Source: Octopus vulgaris
Taxonomy: Eukaryota
Direction: 5' to 3'
Assembly: GCA_951406725.2 (NCBI GenBank)
Contig: OX597814.1
Coordinates: forward strand, 214,210,001-214,274,000
DNA length: 64,000 nucleotides
Positions 14,003-25,664 of this stretch are shown in pieces; position 1 is the stretch's first letter; each line of letters opens with the position of its first letter. The notes below the pieces were generated by a model. The model was not told where the DNA came from, searched no databases, and saw only the letters and a list, made by a program, of their open reading frames with translations. Position numbers and translations under genes: made by a program.

Positions 14003-15526
14003 GGTATTAGTAAGAGTATCCAGCTGTAGAAACCATACCAAAGCAGGACATAAAACCTGGCAGAGCTTTTTGTTCATCTGTTCTTGTCCAAACCATCCAA
14101 CTTATGCCAGCATGAAAAAGGGGACATTAAATAATGATGATGTCTGAAAATAACAAAACAGGGAACTGGAAAGTATTTGGTATTATTCACCATTGTATGT
14201 TTCATTTGCTAGGAGTAATTACAAAGTTTTACCTTAACTAACTATATGATGTGTGTGTATGTGTTTATGTCTGCCTGCCTGTTTGTTTGTCCCCCCACCA
14301 TTGCTTGACAACCAATGTTGGTGTGTCGTAATTTAGTTCAGCAAAAGACCAATAGAATAAGTCCTAGGCTTACAAAGAATAAGTCCTGGGGTCAGTTTCT
14401 GTAACTAAAAAAAAACCCCTTTAAAGCAGTGCTCCAGTCAAATGGCTGAAACAAAAGAAGAAAGGAATACCAGATATTACAGAGTAAATTTCACATATAA
14501 TATACTGTCTTCCATGTTAATAAATTTCACTACAATATTTTAGGTGCCCTCATCATCATCATTGTTTAACGTCCGTTCTCCATGCTAGCATGGATTGGAC
14601 GGTTCAACCGGGGATCTGGGAAGCCCGAAGGCTGCACCAGGCTCCAGTCTTATGCCCTAGTAATTAATATTATACAATTATATTATAGGGCACAGCAAGG
14701 TGGTTTAAGCAAACTGTTCAATCCCTATGGTTTTTGATAAAATAATATATGAACACTTTTTTACATTGAAAAGCATTCTAGTGCTTCATATAAAAAAACA
14801 CATGTAGTTATTTTTTTCTGAAAGTTTTTTGTGTATTTTTTTTTTTTTTTACTAGGTTAGTATATTTCTGTTTTTGTAAGTTTTACTTGATAACTTTTAA
14901 CTAGGATGTAAACATATGAAAGCACTTTTAGAGAAAATCTTAACCATTGTGAAGCAGTTATCCTTGGTCACAAGTACTTTTACCATTGTTAATATGTGGC
15001 AGTAAGACCTTCATCTGAGTGCTCTGAATTGGAATCTAGAAAGTAAATGTGGAGGGGGAAGAAATGTTAATGAATTTTAAGCAGTTTTTAAATCTATTTT
15101 CATTCTGACTAAAGTAAAATTACTTCATTAATTTGAAAATTTTTTTTTTTTTCCTTTCTTAATTATGATGGCAAATAAATAGCAATGATTGATCTTGTTC
15201 TTGTTGTTGTTGTCCAGCAATTACAACTTATTGACTACCAGTCACTTAAATGTGTTTTGACTTTAACTATGAACTTGTGACTTAAGATTATATTATGGTA
15301 GAGAAATACAGATATTTGGATATAAATTGCTGGCAATATGAAGTCTGATGACCTAAGATAATAGCTACATACAATTAGTGCTCAGAGCCAACTTCCTACT
15401 TAAACTCTTAACTTTAAATGCAGCTTAAAATGCTGGGATGTTATAGCTGCCTAAATAATGACTGGTTATAGTTAAATATATTGATCAAGCTGGTACTTGT
15501 ATACTAGAATAAAAGTTTTTTTTTTT

Positions 15527-15881
15527 TAAGCACTCCGTCAGTTACGACGATGGGGGTTCCGGTTGATCTGATCAACGGAGCAGCCTGCTCGTGAAATTAA
15601 CGTGTAAGTGGCTGAGCACTCCACAGACACGTGTACCCTTAACGTAGTTCTCGGGGATATTCAGCATGACACAGAGAGTGACAAGGCCAGCCCTTTGAAA
15701 TACAGGTACAACAGAAACAGGAAGTAAGAGTGAGAGAAAGTTGTGGTGAAAGAGTACAGCAGGGATCACCACCATCCCTGCCGGAGCCTCGTGGAGCTGT
15801 AGGTGTTTTCGCTCAATAAACACTCACAACGCCCGGTCTGGGAATCGAAACCGCGAGTCCGCTGCCCTAACCACTGGGCCA
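15527..15881 (-). mobile_element. SINE family D
   Basis: Near-identical to 7696-8080. Confidence 0.8.
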
Positions 15882-16427
15882 ATAAAAGTATAGACAAGTA
15901 AACAACTAATATTGGGTCATATTTTTCATGCAACACATAGGGAGGAACAGGCTTTAAGAAGTTTATATTACAAAATTTAGGGGAAAAAAAACACTTTCAC
16001 CTAACACTTGAAGAGACTGACGTAAAGTTTCCAAATTTTATGCCAAGGGTAACTGTTGAAAAACTGTGGTTGAGATCTCTTTCTTTTGATAGATTACTGG
16101 TCTTTTCTTTTTTTTTTTTTTTTAAGACAAGTTTTGATCTTGGCACAGTAATCTACTAAAGTACTTATCAGTTGCACAGTACTGTTACTTAATTTACAGC
16201 TGCAAGCTTCACAACTTGCAGTACCTACTTACAACTACATCAGCTCAGCTTTTGAAAGCTAAGTGTTTTTTTGATTACCGTACTGGTTGCAGGATACAAC
16301 TCATTCACTCCATAGCTGGTTGTCCAGTACTTTCACGTTTGACCATCTATATTCTCTCCAGATTTTTAATTGTAGAATGTTGATATAAAAATATTTTAAT
16401 ATTTATATTATTTACATACAGCAATAT

Positions 16428-16593
16428 AGGCGCAGGAGTGGCTGTGTGGTAAGTAGCTTGCTTACCAACCACATGGTTCTGGGTTCAGTCACACTGTGTG
16501 GCATCTTGGGCAAGTGTCTTCTGTTATAGCCCTGGGCCGACCAATGCCTTGTGAGTGAATTTGGTAGACAGAAACTGAAAGAAGCCTGTCGTA

Positions 16594-16650
<57 letters not shown>

Positions 16651-16860
16651 TTGTGTTTGTCCCCCTAGCATTGCTTGACAATCGATGCTGGTGTGTTTAC
16701 GTCCCTGTCACTTAGCGGTTCGGCAAAAGAGACCGATAGAATAAGTACTGGGCTTACAAAGAATAAGTCCCGGGGTCGATATGCTCGACTAAAGGTGGTG
16801 CTCCAGCATGGCCGCAGTCAAATGACTGAAACAAGTAAAAGAGTAAAAGAGAGAGTAAGA
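16428..16860 (+). mobile_element. SINE family B, full length
   Basis: ggcgcaggagtggctgtgtgg head through to the aaaagagt tail. Confidence 0.88.
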
Positions 16861-17971
16861 GACCAATGTTCCAAACAGTCATTCAACACTTACATGATAT
16901 TTTTATAAATTATCTTTTAGAATTCCTATTGTATGTTTTTGTTTTTTGTTGTTTTTTTAATTAATTTTATATGAAATAGTTATAGAGTTCTACAATTGGA
17001 ATGTCTCTAGCAATCAGTCTTCTAAATTTATGTACATTTATTAAATCTTTTGAATCTGTCTTTTATGTTAATGGTAATTGTTTCTAAAGTAAGCCTTGGA
17101 TTTGAGTGAACAATAAGGGCTTATCATAACTGTCTCCTTTCATTTTTCTGTCTGAGGACTATGAAATGCATCTTTTAATTTGGACTCAATGCTCTTACCT
17201 GAATGCTTTTGCTAACTCCTATATTTGCTAAATATCATGTCTCGTGTATCTTTTATCTTCTTAAGTGTATGAATCCAGAATTGTATTCTTTAGTTTGGGT
17301 GTAACCCATATAACTATGTCTCTAAAACTTTCAGGTATTTCATTCAGCAAGTTATGTTTATTCTAAAATGTATAAAAACAAAATTGCTTTATATATTTTT
17401 GCAACAAAGCTAACTGCATGCACTTGAATGGGTTGTAAATACAGACCCCTTATTGTCTCCTGTTTAACTTCCATTCTTGTTTGACTTGGTTAGATTTCCA
17501 TAATGAACCCTTACATCATGAACTTTTCATCTCATTGCTTGAAACATTTCATTTTCCCACTAGTAATCAGTCTTCTAAATTTACATACATTAATTAGATT
17601 ATTTTTTCCTCCAATTACTATGTATAGGAGTATCTGCCAGTGAAGGTTGATCATTCATACGCTCATATATATGCAGGCCTAGACAAGATTTTTGAGGAAG
17701 ATTGGCAGTTGCCCATGCATGCAAATCTTCCATCTCTGTGCCACTGATGTTTATTCCAGGGAAAGGCCACTGACAGTACGGTTTAGCATCAATGCTATTG
17801 CAGACATTGCTATCAAGATGTAAATAGCCAGAAGGAAAACCTCAAAGCATCTTGCATAACCTGCTGATAGTTTTGCTAATCAATCATTCTGAATTGGTAC
17901 TTTTTTATCAACCCATAAGAATGAAAGGCAAAGTTGGCCTCAGTGGGATTTGAACTTATAGTGAAGAGAGG

Positions 17972-18143
17972 AGGTGCAGGAGTGGCTGTGTGGTAAGTAG
18001 CTTGCTAACCAACCACATGGTTCCAGGTTCAGTCCCACTGCGTGGCATCTTGGGCAAGTGTCTTCTGCTATAGCCCCGGCCCGACCAATGCCTTGTGAGT
18101 GGATTTGGTAGACGGAAACTGAAAGAAGCCTGTCGTATATATG

Positions 18144-18174
<31 letters not shown>

Positions 18175-18400
18175 TTGTGTGTCTGTATTTGTCTCCCTAG
18201 CATTGCTTGACAACCGATGCTGGTGTGTTTACGTCCCCGTCACTTAGCGGTTCGGCAAAAGAGACCGATAGAATATGTACTGGGCTTACAAGGAGTGGGT
18301 CCCGGGGTCGATTTGCTCGACTGAAGGCGGTGCTCCAGCATAGCCGCAGTCAAATGACTGAAACAAGTAAAAGAGATAAAAGAGATAAAAAAAAAGAGTG
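17972..18400 (+). mobile_element. SINE family B, full length
   Basis: Same family sequence. Confidence 0.88.
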
Positions 18401-19221
18401 AGAACGCACTGTATCCAACACTCTTACAACTCTGCCAATGTACCACTTCAGTCACTAAGTTCTCTCTTTACTCGCTACCCTCCCTCATACAGCATTCCAT
18501 TTCTTGTGAATGCTTCTTGTATTCGAGCTTCATCTGGTCTGTATAGATTGAATTGCAGCTGAAGTATCATAGAAACATTTTTTTATCCACTTCTAACTAT
18601 AATTATAATTGCGCAGCAAGTTAAACTCGGGAAGGAAAATTGTAGAATAAAAATAATTATTGTTCAATGCAGAATAATTTAGTTCAAAATAAAATGCAAC
18701 TTTAGTTGAACTACACTTAATTTGCATACAAGAATAGCAAGGAATACAGTTACCATTATAATATGCTTTTGTTGATGGGGCTTTCCAATAAAGCCAAAAC
18801 ATGTCTGGAGTTGTCTGTGTACTCTTAAAGATCAGACTCACTCCCTGCTGCATTCCATATTAAACTGTATTTAATTAAAATATTCTGGCTTACCGAAGTA
18901 TGTTAGCATCTAATTTACTATTAATTTGCAAGCTATCATGTTTATGATTCAAGTCCTGTTCAGTGTAACTTTATAAGCTGGGTATAATTCACCATACTAA
19001 ATTGTAGTTGACATTAGTCATATACCCACAAGTATCTAGTAGTTGTGAAGTTTCAGTGCTAAGAGTGTCCCTCTGGTTGTGATTTAGGACCTGCTTTCAC
19101 TAACATTTTTCCTAAGATTAAAATGACATTACCTAGATTTTACTTTTGTTTTTAGTTTAAGCCTATGACAATACAAACTGCTTCAGTTAAAAAAAAAAAC
19201 AAAAAAAAAACAAATCATTTA

Positions 19222-19376
19222 TAGGCGCAGGAGTTTGCTAACCAACCACATGGTTCCGGGTTCAGTCCCACTGCGTGGCACCTTGGGCAAGTGTCTTCTG
19301 CTATAGCCTCGGACCGACCAATGCCTTGTGAGTGGATTTGGTAGACGGAAACTGAAAGAAGCCTGTCGTATATATG

Positions 19377-19407
<31 letters not shown>

Positions 19408-19561
19408 CATCATCATCGTTTAACGTCCGCTTTCCATGCTAGCATGGGTTGGACGGTTCAACTGGGGTCTGGGAAGCCGAAGGCTGCACCAGGCCAGTCA
19501 GATGTGGCAGTGTTTCTACAGCTGGATGCCCTTCCTAACGCCAACCACTCCGAGAGTGTAG

Positions 19562-19596
<35 letters not shown>

Positions 19597-19815
19597 ATAT
19601 GTTTGTGTGTCTGTGTTTGTCCCCCTAGCATTGCTTGACAACCGATGCTGGTGTGTTCACGTCCCCGTAACTTAGCGGTTCGGCAAAAGAGACCAATAGA
19701 ATAAGTACTGGGCTTACAAAGAATAAGTCCTGGGGTCGATTTGCTCAACTAAAGGCGGTGCTCCAGCATGGCTGCAGTCAAATGACTGAAACAAGTAAAA
19801 GAGTAAAAGAGAGTA
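19222..19815 (+). mobile_element. SINE family B with an RTE tail (19407-19562, - strand) inserted in its (AT)n
   Basis: The two SINE halves flank an RTE-tail copy that has (AT)n on both sides. Confidence 0.85.
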
Positions 19816-20295
19816 TGTAAGAACTTGTTTGTTCATATTTTTATAACTACTTGTATGGACTAATATGCATACATTCACATATGTATACACAATACCCAAT
19901 TACTGAGTAACAGGCTATCAGTTCATTCTTCAGGTACAACCCTTCCACATTAACCATGTGTACCCAGATTCCTCTTTCTTGGTTACTGATAACATGTAGC
20001 AATGCAAAATGGAAATTCAATATGAGCCAATGACTAGATCAAGCTGTAGAATAAATAGGTAAAAAGTTCAGGTAGATTAGTGGTGGTTTGCATCAGCACA
20101 AATTCTATTCATTGGTAAGGTGTAAAGTTTCTTTAAGTTTGTATATAATTGATAGAAGCAATTTCTAGTGTTTTAGGCAAGTGTAATTTGCTTACAAGGA
20201 TTGCAAGGAATTTTTTTTTCTTAACATGAGTAAGAAAGAGAGAGCATGGACACAGTGAAGAATAAGAGGAAATAGTTGAAAATTAGTTGTTGTCG

Positions 20296-20570
20296 TCATC
20301 ATCATCATCATTTAATGTCCGCTTTCCATGCTAGCATGGATTGGACGATTTGACTGAGGGCTGGCAAACCAGATGGCTGCACCAGGCTCCAATCTTGATG
20401 TGGCAGAGTTTCTACAGCCTGATGCCCTTCCTAATGCCAACCACTCCGAGAGTATAGTGGGTGCTTTTACGTGCCACTAGCATGGGGGCCAGTCAGGCGG
20501 TGCTGGCAACGACCTCGCTTGAATCTTTTTACACATGCCACCGGCACAGGTGCCAGTAAGGCGACGCTGT
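20296..20570 (-). mobile_element. RTE-LINE 3' end copy
   Basis: Shared UTR and tail. Confidence 0.75.
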
Positions 20571-20760
20571 ATACATGAAAAAAAAATGGTTGAAAAAAAA
20601 AGAAAACGATTAGAGATGAAGCAAGAACAAAAGGAAAGGGAATAATGAGTGCCTTCTGTTGTTGGTTTTTAAAATTCTTAACTCATTGTTTTTGTGGTGA
20701 TATCAGAAATAAACAATCGTCGTCACAACATATTTAAAAGTCTTCACATTTGTTTTTCAG

Positions 20761-20973
20761 AGGCAAATTTGCGGTTGTGAAAAGGTGTGTCAACCTAGAG
20801 ACAAATGAAGAAGTTGCTGCCAAGTTTATTCGCAAGAGGCGTCGAGGGAAAAACTGCCGGGACCAGATATTACGGGAGATTGTAATGCTAGAGTTGTCTC
20901 GACCCCATCATCGAGTTGTGGACCTCATAGAAGTGTTTGAAAGTCCAACAGAGATGATACTCATCACTGAATA
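20761..20973 (+). CDS. STK17A: STK17/DRAK kinase, internal coding exon A (Gly-rich loop to hinge)
   Basis: tttcag acceptor ends 20760. Translates (R)GKFAVVKRC...VAAKFIRKRRRGKNCRDQILREI...MILITE(Y); the GKFAVV and basic RKRRRG loop are typical of the DAPK/DRAK family. Donor gtaagt at 20974, phase 2. Paralogue A vs B cannot be assigned; probably a single invertebrate Drak orthologue. Confidence 0.93.
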
Positions 20974-21811
20974 GTAAGTATAAATACCATACTTAAGAAA
21001 GATTTGATTTAAAAATAATAAAAAATTACCTAGTGACAAGTCCAGTGGGGTGTTAAGAATTTCTTAAGGATCTCTAATTACAAGTTAGAAGCATTTCATA
21101 TAAAATATACTGAAGAACTATTTAATCTTCTCTACTTAGAATTGTATTGGCATCCTTTATGTCTCGGGAGACAATGGAGTTGCGCATGAAGTAGTCTAGT
21201 CCAGCTTTTATATTTCATGTCCTGATACATTTCCTGCTGTGGCTGTGTAGTCCTATCCTGGACAAACACTCCCTCTGGCAGGTACCGCAAATGTAGCGAA
21301 GACTGTTCCTGGCTGGTTGTAGTGCCATAGTCTCTACTTAGAATACACTGTATAAATATATTAGTTTCAGATTTTGGCACAAGGCCAGGAATTCCTGGGG
21401 AGTGGGTAAGTTGATTTCAACTCCAGTACTCAAGCGGTACTTATCGACCCCAAAAGAATGAAAAGCAAAGTCCACCCCTGCAGCATTTGAACATAAAGTC
21501 TGAAGAAATGGCACTAAACATTTTGTCCAATGCAGTAATGATTATGTCAGCTTCAGACAGTATAAATATAAGCTGGTATTCATAGTTTACCATTTTTTGG
21601 AATGGGTTCCTTCTTATTCTTTTGTTTTTACTGAATACACAACAACGTATGAAGCAATGTGCACAACATGCATATGCACATACCTGAAAATATTTGTCCA
21701 GAATATGGGTTATCTTATGTCAAGTAGAAAATGTTTGATGTTCAGAAAACCATGCAGTTTTTATTTATTTCCAGACATTTTTCCAATTGTTTTTTCTATT
21801 GTCATTTACAG

Positions 21812-21950
21812 TTGTTCAGGTGGAGAATTATTCCATGAATGTGTTATAGAAGAATCTTTCAAAGAAAGTGATGTGGTGCGATTATTAGGTGAAATTCTTG
21901 AAGGTGTCTTATTTCTACATCGTAAAAATATTCTGCACCTTGATCTCAAG
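21812..21950 (+). CDS. STK17A: STK17/DRAK kinase exon B
   Basis: tttacag acceptor; TA|T completes Tyr, then CSGGELFHECVIEE...ILHLDLK (catalytic loop HLDLK); donor gtacgt at 21951, phase 0. Confidence 0.93.
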
Positions 21951-22168
21951 GTACGTTTTGCTTAGTTACCTTTTTTGTTTTTTGAAAAAAAAAGCTTATT
22001 ATTTTGAATTTTCAATCTTTTCAACTATGCTTGATGAAAAAAATATTCCTCTGTAACTAATCCTGGAGGATTTTTGAGGTTTCTTTTAAATTTATGATTT
22101 CTATTTAACTCAAGAAAACATTTTGTTTGTACATTATAGATAAGTGTATATATATTTTCTTGTTGCAG

Positions 22169-22344
22169 CCTCAGAATATTTTGTTGACGAAGCCATTTCC
22201 TGAAGGCAATATCAAAATCTGTGATTTAGGCTTAGCTTGCCTTGTCAATGATGGTGAAGACATTCGAGAAATTGTTGGAACACCTGATTATGTTGCTCCA
22301 GAAGTATTAAGCTACGAACCACTTGGATTATCTACAGATATGTG
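22169..22344 (+). CDS. STK17A: STK17/DRAK kinase exon C (activation segment)
   Basis: ttgcag acceptor; PQNILLTKPFPEGNIKICDLGLA...EIVGTPDYVAPEVLSYEPLGLSTDM(W); donor gtgagt at 22345, phase 2. Confidence 0.93.
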
Positions 22345-22480
22345 GTGAGTTTGTTTGTTTGTTTCTTTCTTTCTTTACCCTATTTTAAATGACTGCAGAA
22401 CGAGAACAAGAAGATTCCAACCCAAGGATTAGCAGCTTCTATCCTGTCTCTAGCGTTACATCATCTATGAGAAAAACACT

Positions 22481-22878
22481 TCATCATCATCATCGTTTAA
22501 CGTCCGTTTTCCGCGCTAGCACGGGTTGGACGGTTCGACCGGGGTCTGGGAAGCCAGGGGCTGCACCAGGCTCCAGTCTGATCTGGCGAGTGTTTCTACA
22601 GCTGGATGCCCTTCCTAACGCCAACCACTCTGCGAGTGTAGTGGGTGCTTTTCACGTGCCACCTGCACAGGTGCCAGGGGGTCCGGCATCGGCCACGATT
22701 GGTTGGAGCTTTTAACGTGCCACCGGCACGGAAGCCAGCCAAGGCGGCGCTGGCAACGGCCACGTTCGGATGGTGCTTTTATTATATGCCACCGGCACTG
22801 GAACCAGTCAAGGCAGTGCTGGCATCGGCCACGTTTGGACGGTGCTTTTTATGTGCCACCAGCACAGAAGCCAGTCAA
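22481..22878 (-). mobile_element. RTE-LINE 3' end copy (STK17 intron)
   Basis: Shared UTR and tail with subrepeats. Confidence 0.78.
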
Positions 22879-23534
22879 ACTCTTAATAAACTCCATTCAC
22901 TAACTTTAAATGGATATGACAGGGTGAGACTGTTCATTGTTGCAAGGTACAGTGTCAGTACTGTGAAATTGATGAGTGTTCTATGAGCTTGCAGTGTTGA
23001 ATTCAATTCTTGTGAGAATTACTTCCAGTGGGATGGGCTTTTCCTAGCAAAATTTCCTTACATAAACTAGGTAGAAGGATTTCCCGGTTATATGCTAGCA
23101 TGGAAAACGGACGTTAAATGATGGTGATAATGATTCGTATTGTCTTATAGATGATGTGTTTTGGTCTATTCTATTAGAGAATCATTTTCAATTATGTGCT
23201 TTATCTAGAAGTAACGTTGTTGATGTTCTTTATAGAAATCAAAAGAGATTCTTGGATTGTTCCTGGCTGCAGATATCAAATAATTTTTCCCTTTAAAATA
23301 GTATATCTTCTCATACATCCTCCAGCTGAAAATAAAGATTTTGTAGTTGTTCTATTGAGACTCTATTTTGATAGCCATACATCAACAAATTAAGACAAAA
23401 GTAAACTTGTCTAATCAAAAAAATAATAAAAAAAAACATTGTAAATGGATTAGCATTTTTAAAGTGATTTCTTTCTTTATTTTATTTTATTTGAGATGAC
23501 TTTTTTTATAATTGGTCTTTATAATTTCTTTTAG

Positions 23535-23729
23535 GAGTCTTGGAGTGCTAACTTACGTTATGTTATCTGCTTGTTCCCCCTTTGATGGGGAAAGCAAACA
23601 GGAAACATACCTGAATATATCTCAGGTAAATCTTGATTTTCCTGACTATTTGTTTGAATCAATCAGTTATGGTGCCATTGATTTTATGAAGAACTTGCTC
23701 ATCAAAGACCGTGATTATGTTGCTCCAGA
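23535..23729 (+). CDS. STK17A: STK17/DRAK kinase exon D
   Basis: ttttag acceptor; (W)SLGVLTYVMLSACSPFDGESKQETYLNISQVNLDFP...LLIKD. The 3' boundary is uncertain: the phase-2 GT at 23730 (ccaga|gtatta) fits the next exon, but the junction is disturbed (see findings). Confidence 0.85.
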
Positions 23730-23897
23730 GTATTAAGTTAAATCATAGATTATCTAAATATGTGGTGAGTTTGTTTGTAAATTGACTTTCCTTTACAGGA
23801 CTATTGTTTGACTGTAACATGAACAGGAATATAAAAGTCAAATACTGTGAAACGGCCAAAGATAAAATGTTTCAGGATGGGGAGGATAGATGATAAT

Positions 23898-24042
23898 ATC
23901 ATCATCATCATCGTTTAGCATCCGCTTTCCATGCTAGCATGGGTTGGATGGTTCAACTGGGGTCTGGGAAGCCAGAAGGCTGCACCAGGCCCAGTCTGAT
24001 CTGGCAATGTTTCTACGGCTGGATGCCCTTCCTAACGCCAAC
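23898..24042 (-). mobile_element. RTE-LINE 3' end copy
   Basis: Shared tail. Confidence 0.75.
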
Positions 24043-24047
24043 AATAT

Positions 24048-24253
24048 GATAATGAAATTATTGTATACAGTGCTCAGGTGCACCACAACTTGTCAAAAGT
24101 GCATATAAAGCATCTGCAGTAATGTACAAATGTCTGGAAAGTGAACAGTGTATGAGTCAGGTACCTGCTTGCGTGTGTATGGAGGGGATAAAATCAGGTG
24201 TAGTGTTGGCGAATCTCCGGAAGCATGGAAGTTTTGAAGGATGCAGTGCCCGG
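24048..24253 (-). mobile_element. CR1-type LINE 3' end
   Basis: Reverse complement of the 3' UTR seen at 10135-10490. Confidence 0.8.
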
Positions 24254-24299
24254 TTATAGTTGAATATAAGAGCATTAGTCTAATTCAGTATCAGTGCTG

Positions 24300-24890
24300 A
24301 AATTTAGATATTTCATTTCATTTCATTTGAGTTTGAGTCCATGCTCAGGCCAAGTCGAAGACTCCACCCTCAGAGTCTGGTGTGGTTGCCAGGTTGTATT
24401 CTCTGTTTAATTTTGACATGTGTAGAAGCGAGTTTGAGTCAGTTTGTGCTCGTTGTGTATATCCTGGGAGATGGGGTTCATCTCTAATGGTGCTTAAGTA
24501 TCTATCCAGCTGCAATTTGAATGATTCCACACTGCATCCTGATAGATTTATGACATGTACCGGAATGGAGTTGAATAGTTGTGCTCCTCGAACCAACAGA
24601 CTTGACTCTTGCAGGGTTTTTGCTGCCTGGCCAGCCTTTTTGTTGATTGGTGGTAGCTGGCAGTGAGTGGTAGGTTTTGATACCAAAGTTTGGCACCTTT
24701 TGCTCTATCATTTTCCAAATATATATAATTCGGTATCGCTCAAATCTTCTTTCTATTGAGTACATCCTCAAGGTTTTGAGTCTTTGCCAATAGTCCAGGT
24801 CCCTCATTTCTGAGAAGTATGAGGTAAAATTTCTTTGGAGCGATTCCATCTTAGATAGTTGGCCCTTTGTTGTTGGTGACCACAACTGAG
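24300..24890 (-). mobile_element. LINE fragment of a second family (CR1/L2/Crack group), RT C-terminus
   Basis: WSP...ESLQRNFT...YWQRLKTLRMYSIERRFERY and RGAQLFNSIP...FKLQLDRYL in two frames. Confidence 0.75.
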
Positions 24891-25152
24891 AACAGTAGTC
24901 AATATGTAATATGTAAATAAGTCAAAGCTATTGTTATTTGTTTTTCTTCTAAGTCCACAATTAATCATAAGAGAAATTCCTTGATTATAGTGAAATAAAT
25001 AGCCAACATAGATAATGAAAATGGGCTGACAGTTTTTGATCAAAAACATACAATTTTGATTGTACATAATTTATAACCTTGTTTACAAAAAATAAATGCA
25101 TTTGTTGTTTGCTTTGATGTATTTATGTGATGGAATTTTAATATTTTCCCAG

Positions 25153-25664
25153 ATGCCGGATGGATGCTGCGCAGTGTTTGACTCATGCTTGGATACGAGG
25201 AGAACACGTACCACATCCAATAGAATCTAACCACGAAGAGGATGAGGAGGAAGAAGAAGAAGAGGAGGAAGAAGAGAGAAGGAAGCTGAAGAGACTGATA
25301 CTAAAAATAAGGGGGATAAACAGAAAGAGGTAAACTCTGTTTTGCAGAGTCAACCTTCAGCGGAATGTGAACCCAGCTGTGATGTGCCTAAACCGGAACA
25401 GAAGTCAGAAGGCAAACACGAAAAAGAATGTTCGATGGAGAAAAGAGATGCTGGGGAGAACAGTGAAGCGGAACATGCTTTAGCGAAACAGCAGAAGGGG
25501 GTGCGCTTAAAAAACACGAGAAAAAACTAGAAGCAAAAGATGCAAGCTTCGTCAATAACGAAAACTCCCCATCTAATCCTCTCAATGGAGACTTCAGTGA
25601 AGAAGATTCTGGTTGTGTGGACTCTGTTAATAATAGTTTAACCTGCATTAATGATTTGGACTGA
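25153..25664 (+). CDS. STK17A: STK17/DRAK kinase last coding exon (kinase subdomain XI plus acidic tail; apparent frameshifts)
   Basis: ttcccag acceptor; CRMDAAQCLTHAWI, then poly-Glu. As given, the frame stops at TAA 25331-25333, but coding-like sequence continues in two shifted frames to TGA 25662-25664. Confidence 0.75.

Noticed and set aside
25326-25348. Micro-intron (gag|gtaaac...ttgcag|) rescuing the kinase tail frame
   Set aside because: Only ~18 nt, too short for spliceosomal removal, and its removal would not change the reading frame.
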